Source of the DNA: Leptogorgia sarmentosa
Lineage: Eukaryota
Assembly: GCA_964658305.1 (NCBI GenBank)
Contig: OZ210885.1
Coordinates: forward strand, 16,926,001 to 16,990,000
Direction of reading: 5' to 3'
Length of the DNA stretch: 64,000 bases
In this document: in pieces, positions 37,901 through 52,400 of the stretch
Layout: every line of letters begins with the position of its first letter
Position numbering within the stretch: the stretch's first letter is position 1
Made by a program: the position numbers and the translations under genes
The notes under the pieces: generated by a model
What the model saw: only the letters and a program-made list of their open reading frames with translations
What the model was told of the DNA's origin: nothing
The model's database searches: none

Positions 37901-40900
37901 GATCACCGAAGTTAAGCCTAGGTGGGCAAAGTTAGTACTTGGATGGGTGACCACCTGGGAATACTTTGTGTTGTAGACTTGCTTCACTTTATTGTATGTG
38001 TGTTTGTAAATAGGTTTGCTTTCAATTTCATCTTCAGGGTTTTGTTATTGTTACACGTTTAAAAAGTGTTACTTCCATCAACAAATGTCTACAACCATAC
38101 CAGTAGGAAAATACCGGTTCTCGTCTGATCACCGAAGTTAAGCCTAGGTGGGCAAAGTTAGTACTTGGATGGGTGACTACCTGGGAATACTTTGTGTTGT
38201 AGACTTGCTTCATTTTATTGTATGTGTGTTTGTAAATATAATTCCTTTCAATTTCAACTTCAGGGTTTTGTTATTGTTACACGTTTAAAAAGTGTAACTT
38301 CCATCAACAATTGTCTACGACCATACCAGTAGGAAAATACCGGTTCTCGTCTGATCACAGAAGTTAAGCCTAGGTGGGCAAAGTTAGTACTTGGATGGGT
38401 GACTACCTGGGAATACTTTGTGTTGTAGACTTGCTTCATTTTATTGTAGGTGTGTTTGTAAATAGGTTTGCTTTCAATTTCAACTTCAGGGTTTTGTTAT
38501 TGTTACACGTTTAAAAAGTGTTACTTCCATCCAGAAATATCTATGACCATACCAGTAGGAAAATACCGGTTCTCGTCTGATCACCGAAGTTAAGCCTAGG
38601 TGGGCAAGGTTAGTAGTTGGATGGGTGACCACCTGGGAATATTTTGTGTTGTACACTTGCTTCATTTTATTGTATGTGTGTTTCTAAATAGGTTTGCTTT
38701 CAATTTCAACTTCAGGGTTTTCTTATTGTTACACGTTTAAAAAGTGTAACTTCCATCAACAAATGTCTACGACCATACCAGTAGCAAAATACCGGTTCTC
38801 GTCTGATCACCGAAGTTAACCCTAGGTGGGCACAGTTAGTAGTTGGATGGGTGACCACCTGGGAATACTTTGTGTTGTAGACTTGCTTCATTTTATTGTA
38901 TGTGTGTTTGTAAATAGGTTTGCTTTCAATTTCAACTTCAGGGTTTTGTTATTGTTACACGTTTTAAAAGTGTAACTTCCATCAGCAAATGTCTACGACC
39001 ATACCAGTAGGAAAATACCGGTTCTCGTCTGATCACCGAAGTTAAGCCTAGGTGGGCAAAGTTAGTACTTGGATGGGTGACCACCTGGGAATACTTTGTG
39101 TTGTAGACTTGCTTCATTTTATTGTATGTGTGTTTGTAAATAGGTTTGCTTTCAATTTCATCTTCAGGGTTTTGTTATTGTTACACGTTTAAAAAGTGTT
39201 ACTTCCATCAACAAATGTCTACGACCATACCAGTAGGAAAATACCGGTTCTCGTCTGATCACCGAAGTTAAGCCTAGGTGGGCAAAGTTAGTACTTGGAT
39301 GGGTGACTACCTGGGAATACTTTGTGTTGTAGACTTGCTTCATTTTATTGTATGTGTGTTTGTAAATATAATTCCTTTCAATTTCAACTTCAGGGTTTTG
39401 TTATTGTTACACGTTTAAAAAGTGTAACTTCCATCAACAATTGTCTACGACCATACCAGTAGGAAAATACCGGTTCTCGTCTGATCACAGAAGTTAAGCC
39501 TAGGTGGGCAAAGTTAGTACTTGGATGGGTGACTAGCTGGGAATACTTTGTGTTGTAGACTTGCTTCATTTTATTGTATGCGTGTTTGTAAATAGGTTTG
39601 CTTTCAATTTCAACTTCAGGGTTTTGTTATTGTTACACGTTTAAAAAGTGTTACTTCCATCCAGAAATATCTATGACCATACCAGTAGGAAAATACCGGT
39701 TCTCGTCTGATCACCGAAGTTAAGCCTAGGTGGGCAAGGTTGGTAGTTGGATGGGTGACCACCTGGGAATATTTTGTGTTGTACACTTGCTTCATTTTAT
39801 TGTATGTGTGTTTCTAAATAGGTTTGCTTTCAATTTCAACTTCAGGGTTTTCTTATTGTTACACGTTTAAAAAGTGTAACTTCCATCAACAAATGTCTAC
39901 GACCATACCAGTAGCAAAATACCGGTTCTCGTCTGATCACCGAAGTTAACCCTAGGTGGGCACAGTTAGTAGTTGGATGGGTGACCACCTGGGAATACTT
40001 TGTGTTGTAGACTTGCTTCATTTTATTGTATGTGTGTTTGTAAATAGGTTTGCTTTCAATTTCAACTTCAGGGTTTTGTTATTGTTACACGTTTTAAAAG
40101 TGTAACTTCCATCAGCAAATGTCTACGACCATACCAGTAGGAAAATACCGGTTCTCGTCTGATCACCGAAGTTAAGCCTAGGTGGGCAAAGTTAGTACTT
40201 GGATGGGTGACCACCTGGGAATACTTTGTGTTGTAGACTTGCTTCATTTTATTGTATGTGTGTTTGTAAATAGGTTTGCTTTCAATTTCATCTTCAGGGT
40301 TTTGTTATTGTTACACGTTTAAAAAGTGTTACTTCCATCAACAAATGTCTACGACCATACCAGTAGGAAAATACCGGTTCTCGTCTGATCACCGAAGTTA
40401 AGCCTAGGTGGGCAAGTTAGTACTTGGATGGGTGACCACCTGGGAATACTTTGTGTTGTAGACTTGCTTCATTTTATTGTATGTGTGTTTGTAAATAGGT
40501 TTGCTTTCAATTTCAACTTCAGGGATTTGTTATTGTTACACGTTTAAAAAGTGTTACTTCCATGAACAAATGTCTACGACCATACCAGTAGGAAAATACC
40601 GGTTCTCGTCTGATCACCGAAGTTAAGCCTAGGTGGGGAAAGTTAGTACTTGGATGGGTGACCACCTGGGAATACTTTTTTTTGTAGACTTGCTTCATTT
40701 TATTGTATGTGTGTTTGCAAATAGGTTTGCTTTCAATGTAAACTTCAGGGATTTTGTTATTGCTACATCTGGAAATACTTTGTATTGTTGTTTTGCTAAA
40801 TGTTATTTAATGCCTATTTGTAAATATACTTCCTTTCAATTTCAACTTCGGGGTTTTGTTATTGTTACACGATTAAAAAGTGTAACTTCCATCAACAAAT

Positions 40901-43900
40901 GTGTACGACCGTACGAGTAGGAAAATACCGGTTCTCGTCTGATCACCGAAGTTAAGCCTAGGTGGGCACAGTTAGTAGTTGGATGGGTGACCACCTGGGA
41001 ATACTTTGTGTTGTAGACTTGCTTCATTTTATTGTATGTGTGTTTGTAAATAGGTTTGCTTTCAATTTCAACTTCAGGGTTTTGTTATTGTTACACGTTG
41101 AAAAAGTGTAACTTCCATCAACAAATGTCTACGACCATACCAGTAGGAAAATACCGGTTCTCGTCTGATCACCGAAGTTAAGCCTAGGTGGGCAAAGTTA
41201 GTACTTGGATGGGTGACCACCTGGGAATACTTTGTGTTGTAGACTTGCTTCACTTTATTGTATGTGTGTTTGTAAATAGGTTTGCTTTCAATTTCATCTT
41301 CAGGGTTTTGTTATTGTTACACGTTTAAAAAGTGTTACTTCCATCAACAAATGTCTACGACCATACCAGTAGGAAAATACCGGTTCTCGTCTGATCACCG
41401 AAGTTAAGCCTAGGTGGGCAAAGTTAGTACTTGGATGGGTGACTACCTGGGAATACTTTGTGTTGTAGACTTGCTTCATTTTATTGTATGTGTGTTTGTA
41501 AATATAATTCCTTTCAATTTCAACTTCAGGGTTTTGTTATTGTTACACGTTTAAAAAGTGTAACTTCCATCAACAATTGTCTACGACCATACCAGTAGGA
41601 AAATACCGGTTCTCGTCTGATCACAGAAGTTAAGCCTAGGTGGGCAAAGTTAGTACTTGGATGGGTGACTACCTGGGAATACTTTGTGTTGTAGACTTGC
41701 TTCATTTTATTGTAGGTGTGTTTGTAAATAGGTTTGCTTTCAATTTCAACTTCAGGGTTTTGTTATTGTTACACGTTTAAAAAGTGTTACTTCCATCCAG
41801 AAATATCTATGACCATACCAGTAGGAAAATACCGGTTCTCGTCTGATCACCGAAGTTAAGCCTAGGTGGGCAAGGTTAGTAGTTGGATGGGTGACCACCT
41901 GGGAATATTTTGGGTTGTACACTTGCTTCATTTTATTGTATGTGTGTTTCTAAATAGGTTTGCTTTCAATTTCAACTTCAGGGTTTTCTTATTGTTACAC
42001 GTTTAAAAAGTGTAACTTCCATCAACAAATGTCTACGACCATACCAGTAGCAAAATACCGGTTCTCGTCTGATCACCGAAGTTAACCCTAGGTGGGCACA
42101 GTTAGTAGTTGGATGGGTGACCACCTGGGAATACTTTGTGTTGTAGACTTGCTTCATTTTATTGTATGTGTGTTTGTAAATAGGTTTGCTTTCAATTTCA
42201 ACTTCAGGGTTTTGTTATTGTTACACGTTTTAAAAGTGTAACTTCCATCAGCAAATGTCTACGACCATACCAGTAGGAAAATACCGGTTCTCGTCTGATC
42301 ACCGAAGTTAAGCCTAGGTGGGCAAAGTTAGTACTTGGATGGGTGACCACCTGGGAATACTTTGTGTTGTAGACTTGCTTCATTTTATTGTATGTGTGTT
42401 TGTAAATAGGTTTGCTTTCAATTTCATCTTCAGGGTTTTGTTATTGTTACACGTTTAAAAAGTGTTACTTCCATCAACAAATGTCTACGACCATACCAGT
42501 AGGAAAATACCGGTTCTCGTCTGATCACCGAAGTTAAGCCTAGGTGGGCAAAGTTAGTACTTGGATGGGTGACTACCTGGGAATACTTTGTGTTGTAGAC
42601 TTGCTTCATTTTATTGTATGTGTGTTTGTAAATATAATTCCTTTCAATTTCAACTTCAGGGTTTTGTTATTGTTACACGTTTAAAAAGTGTAACTTCCAT
42701 CAACAATTGTCTACGACCATACCAGTAGGAAAATACCGGTTCTCGTCTGATCACAGAAGTTAAGCCTAGGTGGGCAAAGTTAGTACTTGGATGGGTGACT
42801 AGCTGGGAATACTTTGTGTTGTAGACTTGCTTCATTTTATTGTATGCGTGTTTGTAAATAGGTTTGCTTTCAATTTCAACTTCAGGGTTTTGTTATTGTT
42901 ACACGTTTAAAAAGTGTTACTTCCATCCAGAAATATCTATGACCATACCAGTAGGAAAATACCGGTTCTCGTCTGATCACCGAAGTTAAGCCTAGGTGGG
43001 CAAGGTTGGTAGTTGGATGGGTGACCACCTGGGAATATTTTGTGTTGTACACTTGCTTCATTTTATTGTATGTGTGTTTCTAAATAGGTTTGCTTTCAAT
43101 TTCAACTTCAGGGTTTTCTTATTGTTACACGTTTAAAAAGTGTAACTTCCATCAACAAATGTCTACGACCATACCAGTAGCAAAATACCGGTTCTCGTCT
43201 GATCACCGAAGTTAACCCTAGGTGGGCACAGTTAGTAGTTGGATGGGTGACCACCTGGGAATACTTTGTGTTGTAGACTTGCTTCATTTTATTGTATGTG
43301 TGTTTGTAAATAGGTTTGCTTTCAATTTCAACTTCAGGGTTTTGTTATTGTTACACGTTTTAAAAGTGTAACTTCCATCAGCAAATGTCTACGACCATAC
43401 CAGTAGGAAAATACCGGTTCTCGTCTGATCACCGAAGTTAAGCCTAGGTGGGCAAAGTTAGTACTTGGATGGGTGACCACCTGGGAATACTTTGTGTTGT
43501 AGACTTGCTTCATTTTATTGTATGTGTGTTTGTAAATAGGTTTGCTTTCAATTTCATCTTCAGGGTTTTGTTATTGTTACACGTTTAAAAAGTGTTACTT
43601 CCATCAACAAATGTCTACGACCATACCAGTAGGAAAATACCGGTTCTCGTCTGATCACCGAAGTTAAGCCTAGGTGGGCAAAGTTAGTACTTGGATGGGT
43701 GACTACCTGGGAATACTTTGTGTTGTAGACTTGCTTCATTTTATTGTATGTGTGTTTGTAAATATAATTCCTTTCAATTTCAACTTCAGGGTTTTGTTAT
43801 TGTTACACGTTTAAAAAGTGTAACTTCCATCAACAATTGTCTACGACCATACCAGTAGGAAAATACCGGTTCTCGTCTGATCACAGAAGTTAAGCCTAGG

Positions 43901-46900
43901 TGGGCAAAGTTAGTACTTGGATGGGTGACTAGCTGGGAATACTTTGTGTTGTAGACTTGCTTCATTTTATTGTATGCGTGTTTGTAAATAGGTTTGCTTT
44001 CAATTTCAACTTCAGGGTTTTGTTATTGTTACACGTTGAAAAAGTGTAACTTCCATCAACAAATGTCTACGACCATACCAGTAGGAAAATACCGGTTCTC
44101 GTCTGATCACCGAAGTTAAGCCTAGGTGGGCAAAGTTAGTACTTGGATGGGTGACTACCTGGGAATACTTTGTGTTGTAGACTTGCTTCATTTTATTGTA
44201 TGTGTGTTTGTAAATATAATTCCTTTCAATTTCAACTTCAGGGTTTTGTTATTGTTACACGTTTAAAAAGTGTAACTTCCATCAACAATTGTCTACGACC
44301 ATACCAGTAGGAAAATACCGGTTCTCGTCTGATCACAGAAGTTAAGCCTAGGTGGGCAAAGTTAGTACTTGGATGGGTGACTAGCTGGGAATACTTTGTG
44401 TTGTAGACTTGCTTCATTTTATTGTATGCGTGTTTGTAAATAGGTTTGCTTTCAATTTCAACTTCAGGGTTTTGTTATTGTTACACGTTGAAAAAGTGTA
44501 ACTTCCATCAACAAATGTCTACGACCATACCAGTAGGAAAATACCGGTTCTCGTTTGATCACTGAAGTTAAGCCTACGTGGGCAAAGTTAGTACTTGGAT
44601 GGGTGACTACCTGGGAATACTTTCTGTTGTAGACTTGCTTCATTTTATTGTATGTGTGTTTGTAAATATAATTCCTTTCAATTTCAACTTCAGGGTTTTT
44701 TTATTGTTACACGTTTAAAAAGTGTAACTTCCATCAACAATTGTCTACGACCATACCAGTAGGAAAATACCGGTTCTCGTCTGATCACCGAAGTTAAGCC
44801 TAGGTGGGCAAAGTTAGTACTTGGATGGGTGACTACCTGGGAATACTTTGTGTTGTAGACTTGCTTCATTTTATTGTATGTGTGTTTGTAAATAGGTTTG
44901 CTTTCAATTTCAACTTCAGAGTTTTGTTATTGTTACACGTTTAAAAAGTGTTACTTCCATCAACAAATGTCTACGACCATACCAGTAGGAAAATACCGGT
45001 TCTCGTCTGATCACCGAAGTTCAGCCTAGGTGGGCACAGTTAGTACTTGTATGGGTGACTACCTGGGAATACTTTGTGTTGTAGACTTGCTTCATTTTAT
45101 TGTATGTGTGTTTGTAAATAGGTTTGCTTTCAATTTCAACTTCAGGGTTTTGTTATTGTTACACGTTTAAAAAGTGTAACTTCCATCAACAAATGTCTAC
45201 GACCATACCAGTAGGAAAATACCGGTTCTCGTCTGATCACCGAAGTTAAGCCTAGGTGGGCAAAGTTAGTAGTTGGATGGGTGACCACCTGGGAATACTT
45301 TGTGTTGTAGACTTGCTTCTTTTTATTGTATGTGTGCTTGTAAATAGGTTTGCTTTCAATTTCAACTTCAGGGTTTTGTTATTGTTACACGTTTAAAAAG
45401 TGTTACTTCCATCAACAAATGTCTACGACCATACCTGTAGGAAAATACCGGTTCTCGTCTGATGACCGAAGTTAAGCCTAGGTGGGCAAAGTTAGTACTT
45501 GGATGGGTGACTACCTGGGAATACTTTGTGTTGTAGACTTGCTTCATTTTATTGTATGTGTGTTTGTAAATATAATTCCTTTCAATTTCAACTTCAGGGT
45601 TTTGTTATTGTTACACGTTTAAAAAGTGTAACTTCCATCAACAAATGTCTACGACCATACCAGTAGGAAAATACCGGTTCTCGTCTGATCACCGAAGTTA
45701 AGCCTAGGTGGGCAAAGTTAGTACTTGGATGGGTGACCACCTGGGAATACTTTGTGTTGTAGACTTGCTTCATTTTATTGTATGTGTGTTTCTAAATAGG
45801 TTTGCTTTCAATGTAAACTTCAGGGATTTTGTTATTGCTACATCTGGAAATACTTTGTATTGTTGTTTTGCTAAATGTTATCTAATGCCTATTTGTAAAT
45901 ATAATTCCTTTCAATTTCAACTTCAGGGTTTTGTTATTGTTACACGTTTAAAAAGTGTTACTTCCATCAACAAATGTCTACGACCGTACGAGTAGGAAAA
46001 TACCGGTTCTCGTCTGATCACCGAAGTTAAGCCTAGGTGGGCAAAGTTAGTAGTTGGATGGGTGACCACCTGGTAATACTTTGTGTTGTAGACTTGCTTC
46101 ATTTTATTGTATGTGTGTTTGTAAATAGGTTTGCTTTCAATTTCAACTTCAGGGTTTTGTTATTGTTACACGTTTAAAAAGTGTAACTTCCATCAACAAA
46201 TGTCTACGACCATACCAGTAGGAAAATACCGGTTCTCGTCTGATCACCGAAGTTAAGCCTAGGTGGGCAAAGTTAGTACTTGGATGGGTGACCACCTGGG
46301 AATACTTTGTGTTGTAGACTTGCTTCATTTTATTGTATGTGTGTTTGTAAATAGGTTTGCTTTCAATTTCAACTTCAGGGTTTTGTTATTATTACACGTT
46401 GAAAAAGTGTAACTTCCATCAACAAATGTCTACGACCATACCAGTAGGAAAATACCGGTTCTCGTCTGATCACCAAAGTTAAGCCTAGGTGGGCAAAGTT
46501 AGTAGTTGGATGGGTGACCACCTGGGAATATTTTGTGTTGTAGACTTGCTTCATTTTATTGTATGTCTGTTTGTAAATAGGTTTGCTTTCAATTTCAACT
46601 TCAGGGTTTTGTTATTGTTACACGTTCAAAAAGTGTAACTTCCATCAACAAATGTCTACAACCATACCAGTGGGAAAATACCGGTTCTCGTCTGATCACC
46701 GAAGTTAAGCCTAGGTGGGCAAAGTTAGTAGTTGGATGGGTGACCACCTGGGAATACTTTGTGTTGTAGACTTGCTTCATTTTATTGTATGTGTGTTTGT
46801 AAATAGGTTTGCTTGGAATTTCAACTTCAGGGTTTTGTTATTGTTACACGTTTAAAAAGTGTAACTTCCATCAACAAATGTCTACGACCATACCAGTAGG

Positions 46901-49450
46901 AAAATACCGGTTCTCGTCTGATCACCGAAGTTAAGCCTAGGTGGGCAAAGTTAGTAGTTGGATGGGTGACCACCTGGGAATACTTTGTGTTGTAGACTTG
47001 CTTCTTTTTATTGTATGTGTGCTTGTAAATAGGTTTGCTTTCAATTTCAACTTCAGGGTTTTGTTATTGTTACACGTTAAAAAAGTGTTACTTCCATCAA
47101 CAAATGTCTACGACCATACCTGTAGGAAAATACCGGTTCTCGTCTGATGACCGAAGTTAAGCCTAGGTGGGCAAAGTTAGTACTTGGATGGGTGACTACC
47201 TGGGAATACTTTGTGTTGTAGACTTGCTTCATTTTATTGTATGTGTGTTTGTAAATATAATTCCTTTCAATTTCAACTTCAGGGTTTTGTTATTGTTACA
47301 CGTTTAAAAAGTGTTACTTCCATCGGCAAATGTCTACGACCATACCAGTAGGAAAATACCGGTTCTCGTCTGATCACCGAAGTTAAGCCTAGGTGGGCAA
47401 GTTAGTACTTGGATGGGTGACCACCTGGGAATACTTTGTGTTGTAGACTTGCTTCATTTTATTGTATGTGTGTTTGTAAATAGGTTTGCTTTCAATTTCA
47501 ACTTCAGGGATTAGTTATTGTTACACGTTTAAAAAGTGTTACTTCCATGAACAAATGTCTACGACCATACCAGTAGGAAAATACCGGTTCTCGTCTGATC
47601 ACCGAAGTTAAGCCTAGGTGGGGAAAGTTAGTACTTGGATGGGTGACCACCTGGGAATACTTTTTTTTGTAGACTTGCTTCATTTTATTGTATGTGTGTT
47701 TGCAAATAGGTTTGCTTTCAATGTAAACTTCAGGGATTTTGTTATTGCTACATCTGGAAATACTTTGTATTGTTGTTTTGCTAAATGTTATTTAATGCCT
47801 ATTTGTAAATATACTTCCTTTCAATTTCAACTTCGGGGTTTTGTTATTGTTACACGATTAAAAAGTGTAACTTCCATCAACAAATGTGTACGACCGTACG
47901 AGTAGGAAAATACCGGTTCTCGTCTGATCACCGAAGTTAAGCCTAGGTGGGCACAGTTAGTAGTTGGATGGGTGACCACCTGGGAATACTTTGTGTTGTA
48001 GACTTGCTTCATTTTATTGTATGTGTGTTTGTAAATAGGTTTGCTTTCAATTTCAACTTCAGGGTTTTGTTATTGTTACACGTTTTAAAAGTGTAACTTC
48101 CATCAGCAAATGTCTACGACCATACCAGTAGGAAAATACCGGTTCTCGTCTGATCACCGAAGTTAAGCCTAGGTGGGCAAAGTTAGTACTTGGATGGGTG
48201 ACCACCTGGGAATACTTTGTGTTGTAGACTTGCTTCACTTTATTGTATGTGTGTTTGTAAATAGGTTTGCTTTCAATTTCATCTTCAGGGTTTTGTTATT
48301 GTTACACGTTTAAAAAGTGTTACTTCCATCAACAAATGTCTACGACCATACCAGTAGGAAAATACCGGTTCTCGTCTGATCACCGAAGTTAAGCCTAGGT
48401 GGGCAAAGTTAGTACTTGGATGGGTGACTACCTGGGAATACTTTGTGTTGTAGACTTGCTTCATTTTATTGTATGTGTGTTTGTAAATATAATTCCTTTC
48501 AATTTCAACTTCAGGGTTTTGTTATTGTTACACGTTTAAAAAGTGTAACTTCCATCAACAATTGTCTACGACCATACCAGTAGGAAAATACCGGTTCTCG
48601 TCTGATCACAGAAGTTAAGCCTAGGTGGGCAAAGTTAGTACTTGGATGGGTGACTACCTGGGAATACTTTGTGTTGTAGACTTGCTTCATTTTATTGTAG
48701 GTGTGTTTGTAAATAGGTTTGCTTTCAATTTCAACTTCAGGGTTTTGTTATTGTTACACGTTTAAAAAGTGTTACTTCCATCCAGAAATATCTATGACCA
48801 TACCAGTAGGAAAATACCGGTTCTCGTCTGATCACCGAAGTTAAGCCTAGGTGGGCAAGGTTAGTAGTTGGATGGGTGACCACCTGGGAATATTTTGTGT
48901 TGTACACTTGCTTCATTTTATTGTATGTGTGTTTCTAAATAGGTTTGCTTTCAATTTCAACTTCAGGGTTTTCTTATTGTTACACGTTTAAAAAGTGTAA
49001 CTTCCATCAACAAATGTCTACGACCATACCAGTAGCAAAATACCGGTTCTCGTCTGATCACCGAAGTTAACCCTAGGTGGGCACAGTTAGTAGTTGGATG
49101 GGTGACCACCTGGGAATACTTTGTGTTGTAGACTTGCTTCATTTTATTGTATGTGTGTTTGTAAATAGGTTTGCTTTCAATTTCAACTTCAGGGTTTTGT
49201 TATTGTTACACGTTTTAAAAGTGTAACTTCCATCAGCAAATGTCTACGACCATACCAGTAGGAAAATACCGGTTCTCGTCTGATCACCGAAGTTAAGCCT
49301 AGGTGGGCAAAGTTAGTACTTGGATGGGTGACCACCTGGGAATACTTTGTGTTGTAGACTTGCTTCATTTTATTGTATGTGTGTTTGTAAATAGGTTTGC
49401 TTTCAATTTCATCTTCAGGGTTTTGTTATTGTTACACGTTTAAAAAGTGT
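31960..49450 (+). repeat. About 7.2-kb block (about 31960-39200) repeated at +10259 bp (about 42220-49450)
   Basis: Long units 35388/45647 and 37298/47557, and the same order of monomer haplotypes. Boundaries approximate. Confidence 0.8.
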
Positions 49451-52400
49451 AACTTCCATCAACAATTGTCTACGACCATACCAGTAGGAAAATACCGGTT
49501 CTCGTCTGATCACAGAAGTTAAGCCTAGGTGGGCAAAGTTAGTACTTGGATGGGTGACCACCTGGGAATACTTTGTGTTGTAGACTTGCTTCATTTTATT
49601 GTATGTGTGTTTGTAAATATAATTCCTTTCAATTTCAACTTCAGGGTTTTGTTATTGTTACACGTTTAAAAAGTGTAACTTCCATCAACAATTGTCTACG
49701 ACCATACCAGTAGGAAAATACCGGTTCTCGTCTGATCACAGAAGTTAAGCCTAGGTGGGCAAAGTTAGTACTTGGATGGGTGACTAGCTGGGAATACTTT
49801 GTGTTGTAGACTTGCTTCATTTTATTGTATGCGTGTTTGTAAATAGGTTTGCTTTCAATTTCAACTTCAGGGTTTTGTTATTGTTACACGTTGAAAAAGT
49901 GTAACTTCCATCAACAAATGTCTACGACCATACCAGTAGGAAAATACCGGTTCTCGTCTGATCACCAAAGTTAAGCCTAGGTGGGCAAAGTTAGTAGTTG
50001 GATGGGTGACCACCTGGGAATATTTTGTGTTGTAGACTTGCTTCATTTTATTGTATGTCTGTTTGTAAATAGGTTTGCTTTCAATTTCAACTTCAGGGTT
50101 TTGTTATTGTTACACGTTTAAAAAGTGTAACTTCCATCAACAAATGTCTACGACCATACCAGTGGGAAAATACCGGTTCTCGTCTGATCACCGAAGTTAA
50201 GCCTAGGTGGGCACAGTTAGTAGTTGGATGGGTGACCACCTGGGAATACTTTGTGTTGTAGACTTGCTTCATTTTATTGTATGTGTGTTTGTAAATAGGT
50301 TTGCTTTCAATTTCAACTTCAGGGTTTTGTTATTGTTACACGTTTTAAAAGTGTAACTTCCATCAGCAAATGTCTACGACCATACCAGTAGGAAAATACC
50401 GGTTCTCGTCTGATCACCGAAGTTAAGCCTAGGTGAGCAAAGTTAGTACTTGGATGGGTGACCACCTGGGAATACTTTGTGTTGTAGACTTGCTTCATTT
50501 TATTGTATGTGTGTTTGTAAATAGGTTTGCTTTCAATTTCATCTTCAGGGTTTTGTTATTGTTACACGTTTAAAAAGTGTTACTTCCATCAACAAATGTC
50601 TACGACCATACCAGTAGGAAAATACCGGTTCTCGTCTGATCACCGAAGTTAAGCCTAGGTGGGCAAAGTTAGTACTTGGATGGGTGACTACCTGGGAATA
50701 CTTTGTGTTGTAGACTTGCTTCATTTTATTGTATGTGTGTTTGTAAATATAATTCCTTTCAATTTCAACTTCAGGGTTTTGTTATTGTTACACGTTTAAA
50801 AAGTGTAACTTCCATCAACAATTGTCTACGACCATACCAGTAGGAAAATACCGGTTCTCGTCTGATCACAGAAGTTAAGCCTAGGTGGGCAAAGTTAGTA
50901 CTTGGATGGGTGACTAGCTGGGAATACTTTGTGTTGTAGACTTGCTTCATTTTATTGTATGCGTGTTTGTAAATAGGTTTGCTTTCAATTTCAACTTCAG
51001 GGTTTTGTTATTGTTACACGTTTAAAAAGTGTTACTTCCATCCAGAAATATCTATGACCATACCAGTAGGAAAATACCGGTTCTCGTCTGATCACCGAAG
51101 TTAAGCCTAGGTGGGCAAGGTTGGTAGTTGGATGGGTGACCACCTGGGAATATTTTGTGTTGTACACTTGCTTCATTTTATTGTATGTGTGTTTCTAAAT
51201 AGGTTTGCTTTCAATTTCAACTTCAGGGTTTTCTTATTGTTACACGTTTAAAAAGTGTAACTTCCATCAACAAATGTCTACGACCATACCAGTAGCAAAA
51301 TACCGGTTCTCGTCTGATCACCGAAGTTAACCCTAGGTGGGCACAGTTAGTAGTTGGATGGGTGACCACCTGGGAATACTTTGTGTTGTAGACTTGCTTC
51401 ATTTTATTGTATGTGTGTTTGTAAATAGGTTTGCTTTCAATTTCAACTTCAGGGTTTTGTTATTGTTACACGTTTTAAAAGTGTAACTTCCATCAGCAAA
51501 TGTCTACGACCATACCAGTAGGAAAATACCGGTTCTCGTCTGATCACCGAAGTTAAGCCTAGGTGAGCAAAGTTAGTACTTGGATGGGTGACCACCTGGG
51601 AATACTTTGTGTTGTAGACTTGCTTCATTTTATTGTATGTGTGTTTGTAAATAGGTTTGCTTTCAATTTCATCTTCAGGGTTTTGTTATTGTTACACGTT
51701 TAAAAAGTGTTACTTCCATCAAGAAATATCTATGACCATACCAGTAGGAAAATACCGGTTCTCGTCTGATCACCGAAGTTAAGCCTAGGTGGGCAAGGTT
51801 AGTAGTTGGATGGGTGACCACCTGGGAATATTTTGTGTTGTACACTTGCTTCATTTTATTGTATGTGTGTTTCTAAATAGGTTTGCTTTCAATTTCAACT
51901 TCAGGGTTTTCTTATTGTTACACGTTTAAAAAGTGTAACTTCCATGAACAAATGTCTACGACCATACCAGTAGCAAAATACCGGTTCTCGTCTGATCACC
52001 GAAGTTAACCCTAGGTGGGCAAAGTTAGTAGTTGGATGGGTGACCACCTGGGAATACTTTGTGTTGTAGACTTGCTTCATTTTATTGTATGTGTGTTTGT
52101 AAATAGGTTTGCTTGGAATTTCAACTTCAGGGTTTTGTTATTGTTACACGTTTAAAAAGTGTAACTTCCATCAACAGACGTCTACGACCATACCTGTAGG
52201 AAAATACCGGTTCTCCTCTGATCACCGAAGTTAAGCCTAGGTGGGAAAAGTTAGTAGTTGTATGGGTGACCACCTGGGAATACTTTGTGTTGTAGACTTG
52301 CTTCATTTTATTGTATGTGCGTTTGTAAATAGGTTTGCTTTCAATTTCAACTTCAGGGTTTTGTTATTGTTACACGTTTAAAAAGTGTAACTTCCATCAA